A stretch of DNA of 63,999 nucleotides, counting the filler, from Aduncisulcus paluster (Eukaryota), in NCBI GenBank assembly GCA_024181965.1. It is 11 parts of 11 records of this genome, joined end to end, with 100 filler letters (N's around TTAATTAATTAA, not from the genome) between each part and the next. Parts side by side here need not be neighbours in the genome. Positions count along the whole stretch, not along the records: positions 56,103 to 61,644 come from BQXS01011513.1; positions 61,745 to 63,999 come from BQXS01011529.1; 9 more parts are not named here. One strand, 5' to 3'. Position 1 is the first letter of the stretch, and every line of letters begins with the position of its first letter. Below are positions 59,024-63,999 of the stretch, in pieces. The notes beneath the pieces are model-generated. The model was not told the DNA's origin and ran no database searches. It saw only the letters and a list, made by a program, of their open reading frames with translations. Made by a program: the position numbers and the translations under genes.

Positions 59024-61644
59024 TTATTTGAATTGCGATTTTTTCCAGTCAGGTCTATCATATCCGCCGTGTGGTACTGATCTTGCCCCATTGGCTCTTG
59101 TATGTTTTAATGAGGGTATAAGAGATGATTCTGAGCTCATTCTACTTTGAGAAGATGTGATTGGAGCTTCCATTGCTGAACGAATTGCTATCCTTTTCTC
59201 TCCTCTTACTCCAACTTCTCCTTCTTGTCCTGGCGCTCCTTTCCGATGGAAGACGTCACGACAATCAAGAATGCCCTTGAGCCTTGCGATTTCTCTCTTT
59301 AGTTCTTTCACTTCTTGGTCATGATCTTCAGCGGTGAGAACTTTTTCTCGCCTCATTTTATGGAGGGCAGCCTTACACTTCCCAAGATCACTGAGGAGAT
59401 CCGAAGCCTTCCTTCGCTGCATCTGAGAACTTCCAGCGGCTTGAAGAGCTTTCTCCAACTTATCTTGTTGCTCAGACACCTCGTCTTCAAGCTGAACGAC
59501 ACGGATTGACAGGTCGGCTGTGTTGCGAAGAACAAGAGGGATATTGAAGGATAAGTGAGCAAAAATAGAGTGCACAGAGAGTAAAGTATTACGTAATGAG
59601 TCGATTGATGAGAATAAAGAATTTGAATTAGAGGTGGATGTGGGAAGAGACGGTCTTGCAATGTTGTTATATGCTTCTTCAAAGGGAACTACGCCCTCAA
59701 TGCGTTTAAACTTCTTCACTAGAGCATTTCCACGTTGGGATAATGTCTTGGGTTTTGGAGTTGATGAAGATTTGGAAAGCAAACTGTGTTTTTTGACGGG
59801 AGATTTTTCCTTATCAGCTTCACGCCCGTCGCTACTCACGGAGATCTTTTTCTTGGAAGATTTATCAAACTTAAACTGGCCAATATCAATACATCTTAAA
59901 CGAGCCTTAATACTCACTGCAAACTCTCGAAATACTGTGAGTTCATTTTGCAAATCCTCAATCATTTTGTTCTTTTTGGCGGAGGATTCGCCGAACCTCG
60001 AAATGGCAAGAGTCAATTCCCTGACCTTTTCTCTCTCTCTTCCAATGTCTGCTTCTCTTTGTGCCAGAAGCTTTAGTACTTCCTGACGCATTGGGAGTGT
60101 AGAGTCATCTTGGGTCAAAGGTTCATCTTTCTTCCGTTTCATTGTCTGGGCCACATCATTGCGAAGACGTTCCTCAAGATCCAATTGCTTTCTCTTCAAA
60201 TCAGTGATATATCTCCGGGCTTTCTTGGCTTCTTCACGCAACATGGTTGTCTCCTCGATATGAGCTTTTCTAAGCAATGCAATGTTCTGGTCTCTTTGGG
60301 ATATTAAGGATTGTAATGTCAGAATTGTTGATTGTGCACTTGCGTGTTCAACCTCAGTTCCATCTTTTCCTTTGGTCATACGTGATCGAGAATGACCTAG
60401 AGTTAGGGATTGTGCAACAGAATGTGGACCTGGCTTGTCGCTTCCATCCTTATTGTTCGTTGACGACTCGGAGATCTCACTGATATCATCATCATCACCT
60501 TTCCCATCAGATCGCAACTTACTACTATCTTTCTGGCGAGTCTTCTGGCGGTGGTATTCGGCACGTTCTTTTTCTTTCCATTTTTCAAGCTCTTTTTCAA
60601 GTTCTGACTTGTCATGTAAAGCTTGTATCAGAGCTTCTGAACTATGAACAAGCTCCTCTCTTCTGGTTTGGGCCAAGTTTTCAAACTCTTCTGCTTTCCC
60701 TTCAAGGGCACTGAGACTCGAGTTTGCAATTTCTAATTTAGTCTTGAGTTGGTTGTATTTAGTGATATGGACATGGGAAGCTTTGAGTTGTGTTATTTCT
60801 TTATCTTTTTCTTCAATAATTGTCTGTCGGATTGAATCCATTTCTTCCTTCCTTCTTGTTTCTCTCTCCTCCTCTTCCTTGCGGCGTTGAGCCATTGCGT
60901 TGGACATGAAGGTTTGCTCGAATGATTTAAACATCTCTTGTTGCAACTCTCGATGGTGAACTTGATCAATCTGTTGCCGTTGATACTGTTTTTCTTGCAA
61001 CTCTGTGAGTTCTTGTATCTGTCTAGGAGTTTGGCGAAGAGTTAACCGGGGAGATATTTGGGTAAATGCGTTTGAATGGGGGTGAAGTAACGGGACAGAG
61101 CTTGGACGATCTATCTGAATCTTAATATCACTGAGCGGAGGTATTTGGTCAGGAGAGTGTCTGTAGATTGGCGAGGCTTGAGCGGCTTGCTCCTCCAATA
61201 CATCGTCAAGAGGTGTTGGGTTACGAATCGAAGACGTCGAGCGACTTCCAAGTCCTTTATCAGAAGAAGAACGGCGCTCTTCGTCTTCGAGGCGGGAAGT
61301 AACTTTGCCCACAGCAAGGGCAGCCTCAGCGGCCGGGGTTGTCCGTCCGTACGATGAGCTCTTGTCAGTTGAGTGTGAAGAGATGGCAGGAGTCGGTGAG
61401 CTTATGAGTTGGTGTCCATCAGGTAACGGAGAGTTTCCAGCAGCAAGAGCAACATCCTGAATATCTGTTGAGTACTTTGAGGCTCCTTCATGACCACCTC
61501 TTGGAGAAGGAGGTATCGAAAAGCGTGCAGATCCATTAGTAAGAAGTCTAGATATCTGAACACCTTCTTGGGAGGATTTTTGAGTCTGAGCCTGGAGGAT
61601 ATTCGAGAGAACTTTGGTTAAACCATCGAACATGGATTTCATTC
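59024..61644 (-). CDS. Coiled-coil hypothetical protein, probably 5' partial
   Basis: 872-aa ORF with long E/K/Q/L heptad-rich segments. Confidence 0.75.
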
Positions 61645-61744
61645 NNNNNNNNNNNNNNNNNNNNNNNNNNNNNNNNNNNNNNNNNNNNTTAATTAATTAA
61701 NNNNNNNNNNNNNNNNNNNNNNNNNNNNNNNNNNNNNNNNNNNN
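61645..61744. other. Artificial contig linker
   Basis: N44-TTAATTAATTAA-N44. Confidence 0.98.
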
Positions 61745-61745
61745 T

Positions 61746-62354
61746 CTGAAGATATCACCCTTTTTGGGGGAGTTTATGAATGAACTTAATCCTAGAGACA
61801 CGATCAATGGATACACTGGCGATAAGTTGCAATTGATTAGTTCCTTGATCGATTCATATTCCTCATTCCCTCAGTTTCTCCCCCATTTAATTCATAACTT
61901 TGACGATATCATTGTGGACCTCCGTCGTTCTTCAACCAGTGGTGGTGGTATTGAGTATTTTAAGGAGTATTCAAAGAATGCAATGTCTTTGATTGCCTTC
62001 TCACGACTCCATGACAGCACAAGGTTCATATCTCCGATCCTCTTCCTTCCTCATCACATCCAATATGACTCCCTACTCATGGATCGGAGGAATCAATATT
62101 GTTACAAGCTGGATGCATACTGTTTCCAACATGACTCGAGTGAAACTTGGTTGAACATTTGCACTGGGAAGTATGTGAGTGTGGCTAAAAGCTTTGTACA
62201 GTTTCAACCTGCAATGTCCATGTCTGTGTTCAAGCCAAAACCTCCCGTGACTTTGGAGATAGCTTCTGACAAGTGTCGCAGAGATCTCTTTCCTGATATG
62301 TATACAGCAATTGAACTGACAGGCGGATATGTTGAATTAATGTTTGAAGAATGA
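61746..62354 (+). CDS. C-terminus of a divergent helical-repeat family member
   Basis: ISSLIDSYSSFPQFLPHLIHNFDD resembles the repeat end. FISPIL and YTAIELTGGYVELMFEE match the convergent gene at 63160. Confidence 0.65.
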   Translation: MKISPFLGEFMNELNPRDTINGYTGDKLQLISSLIDSYSSFPQFLPHLIHNFDDIIVDLRRSSTSGGGIEYFKEYSKNAMSLIAFSRLHDSTRFISPILFLPHHIQYDSLLMDRRNQYCYKLDAYCFQHDSSETWLNICTGKYVSVAKSFVQFQPAMSMSVFKPKPPVTLEIASDKCRRDLFPDMYTAIELTGGYVELMFEE

Positions 62355-63159
62355 GTGGGAAATGCCACGAAAAACAAGGAATGCCACAAAACATGTTGTG
62401 ATTTAATATGTTATGACGATTGTCTGCCTGTGTTGAGGTATTTTTGGAAAGATAAGAACAAACAATATCAATTTGATATCAAAATCAGTAAAATGACACA
62501 TGCCTTCACATGGACATTTTCCAATTGAATCAGCAACGATTGTTGTCACACGGTGATTTACAGCTTTGTTGATGGGAATATACAACAATAACACCTTCTC
62601 TGACTTGAATTTACTCAATTTCAGAACTTAATGGGGTGAGGTGATTGGTATCCTCAAATTCTCATATTCCTATTAATTTTGATTAAATTTTACAAATAAA
62701 TCTATCGAAAATGGAGTTTTTGTAACGATTTACAAATGACAATTCTAAAAATAGATTTTCTAAAAATAGAACACTCCTTCATATTTCTTGTGGAAATCGT
62801 TTGTTATGAGTAGATAAGGAAAATTTATTAGTAATAAGGGAATATAGATTCAAATTAATGAATATTTAAGAGGAATTTGTCAGTCCGAATAATAGGAATC
62901 ATTTCTAAGGAATTGAAAATCACTGAAATCTTTAGTTCTTTATTTTTCAGTTTAAGCTTGTGGCACAGTGAAGAAAAGATGTTTACAAATGTTATTATTA
63001 ATAACTTACTATTAATTGGGAGAAGCATCGGCTTTTGCCCTGCGTGTTGACATTTTTCAATAGAGGATGAAACAATAGATGCCATGACATGCGTTAAACC
63101 CTGATATCCCTAGAAACACATTGTAAGTTACAATGTAACAAACACGATCATTTAATTTA

Positions 63160-63999
63160 TCAACAAATTCTTGTGAACCGAGGACCTAGCGGTTCCTCAT
63201 CTTCAGTCCCTTTCATTTCTCTCCATTCTTCAACTTCTTCCATGCCATCCTTCCAAGCTTCTTGCTCGTACCCTTCGAATGAACATGTTTGTTCTTCAAA
63301 TAGGATTTCCACACATGCACCAGTCCGCTCAATAAAGTCATACACAGATTGTCGAAGAGGTCTTTCCTCAGTAAAGGACATGGTCACAAGCATGTGTTGG
63401 GGAGGAGTGTATTTAATGAGTGAAGAATGGGTGACTTGGCGAGTGTTTCTTGTGATTTCTGTTTCCTTCTCTCCTTCCTCCTTCTCTCTTGTTTCCTTCT
63501 TCTCGGCAGCAGCTTCTTCTTCTTCCTTTCGTTCATTCGCAACACAAGTTTCAACACATAATTCCCCATATCTCACCCGAGAATATTCAAGCTCAGTTCC
63601 TCCAACGATAAGACATATAGTACTCTCTTGATGTTGTAAATATCCTCCAGATATTGAAGACACATACTTAATTCCATCACAAAAATGAGCGGTGGGCAAA
63701 ATCGATGAAGAATTCGGGTATTGTGTCGTTTCAATAGTGGGAATGAGAGAGATGGATGGAATAGAATGGAGGATTGGGGATAAAAAGGATCTTGAAATGT
63801 GGGAGTACACATCCCGTAGACATGAAGGAAGAGTTTTACACTCTTCTTGCTTGCAAAATGAGGAGACATAATCATCATATTTGGGCGATAATTGAGGAAC
63901 AAGCGATGGAACCTTGGAAAAAGCAGAGAGTAGATCGATCCAATTTGTTTTTTCGTAGCTTGCAAGAGTATGAAACCAAAACCCGAAACTATCCTTTAC
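63160..63999 (-). CDS. C-terminus of a helical-repeat family member, 5' partial
   Basis: The frame is open from 63999: VKDSFGFWFHTL...WIDLLSAFSKVPSLVPQLSPKYDD (family motif), then FLSPIL...YDFIERTGACVEILFEE. Confidence 0.82.
   Translation of the reverse strand, partial: VKDSFGFWFHTLASYEKTNWIDLLSAFSKVPSLVPQLSPKYDDYVSSFCKQEECKTLPSCLRDVYSHISRSFLSPILHSIPSISLIPTIETTQYPNSSSILPTAHFCDGIKYVSSISGGYLQHQESTICLIVGGTELEYSRVRYGELCVETCVANERKEEEEAAAEKKETREKEEGEKETEITRNTRQVTHSSLIKYTPPQHMLVTMSFTEERPLRQSVYDFIERTGACVEILFEEQTCSFEGYEQEAWKDGMEEVEEWREMKGTEDEEPLGPRFTRIC

Noticed and set aside
63573-63965. 130-aa minus-strand ORF as a separate gene or frameshifted exon
   Set aside because: The neighbouring frame is open to the window end and carries the family motif, so this ORF is a shadow.

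Overview
This is AT-rich, gene-dense eukaryotic DNA, not prokaryotic. It uses the standard genetic code and has short GTATGT...TAG introns. Gene content and style suggest a free-living flagellated protist, possibly a fornicate such as Aduncisulcus or Carpediemonas, but that assignment is an inference. The window is an artificial concatenation of 11 unrelated contigs joined by N44-TTAATTAATTAA-N44 linkers, so adjacency across a linker means nothing. Five 20-N gaps are flanked by duplicated sequence. Host genes: an SLC12 cation-chloride cotransporter, a stand-alone Mib/HERC2-repeat protein, RIB43A, a minimal SGF29-like tandem Tudor protein, a ZNFX1-like helicase, a divergent histone H3 3' end, tRNA-Lys(CTT), an LRR/EGF surface protein, the LysRS 3' end, kinesin-5, ubiquitin and a CLEC16A-like protein. 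Four members of an uncharacterised helical-repeat family are also present. Mobile DNA: a nested hAT/Ty3-Gypsy cluster with a solo LTR, and a tyrosine-recombinase (DIRS-order, PAT-like) retrotransposon. That retrotransposon is the strongest signal. It has split direct repeats, its internal junction is a long hairpin resembling a recombinase site, and it sits in a host repeat-family gene at a point where host sequence rebuilds one arm of the palindrome.
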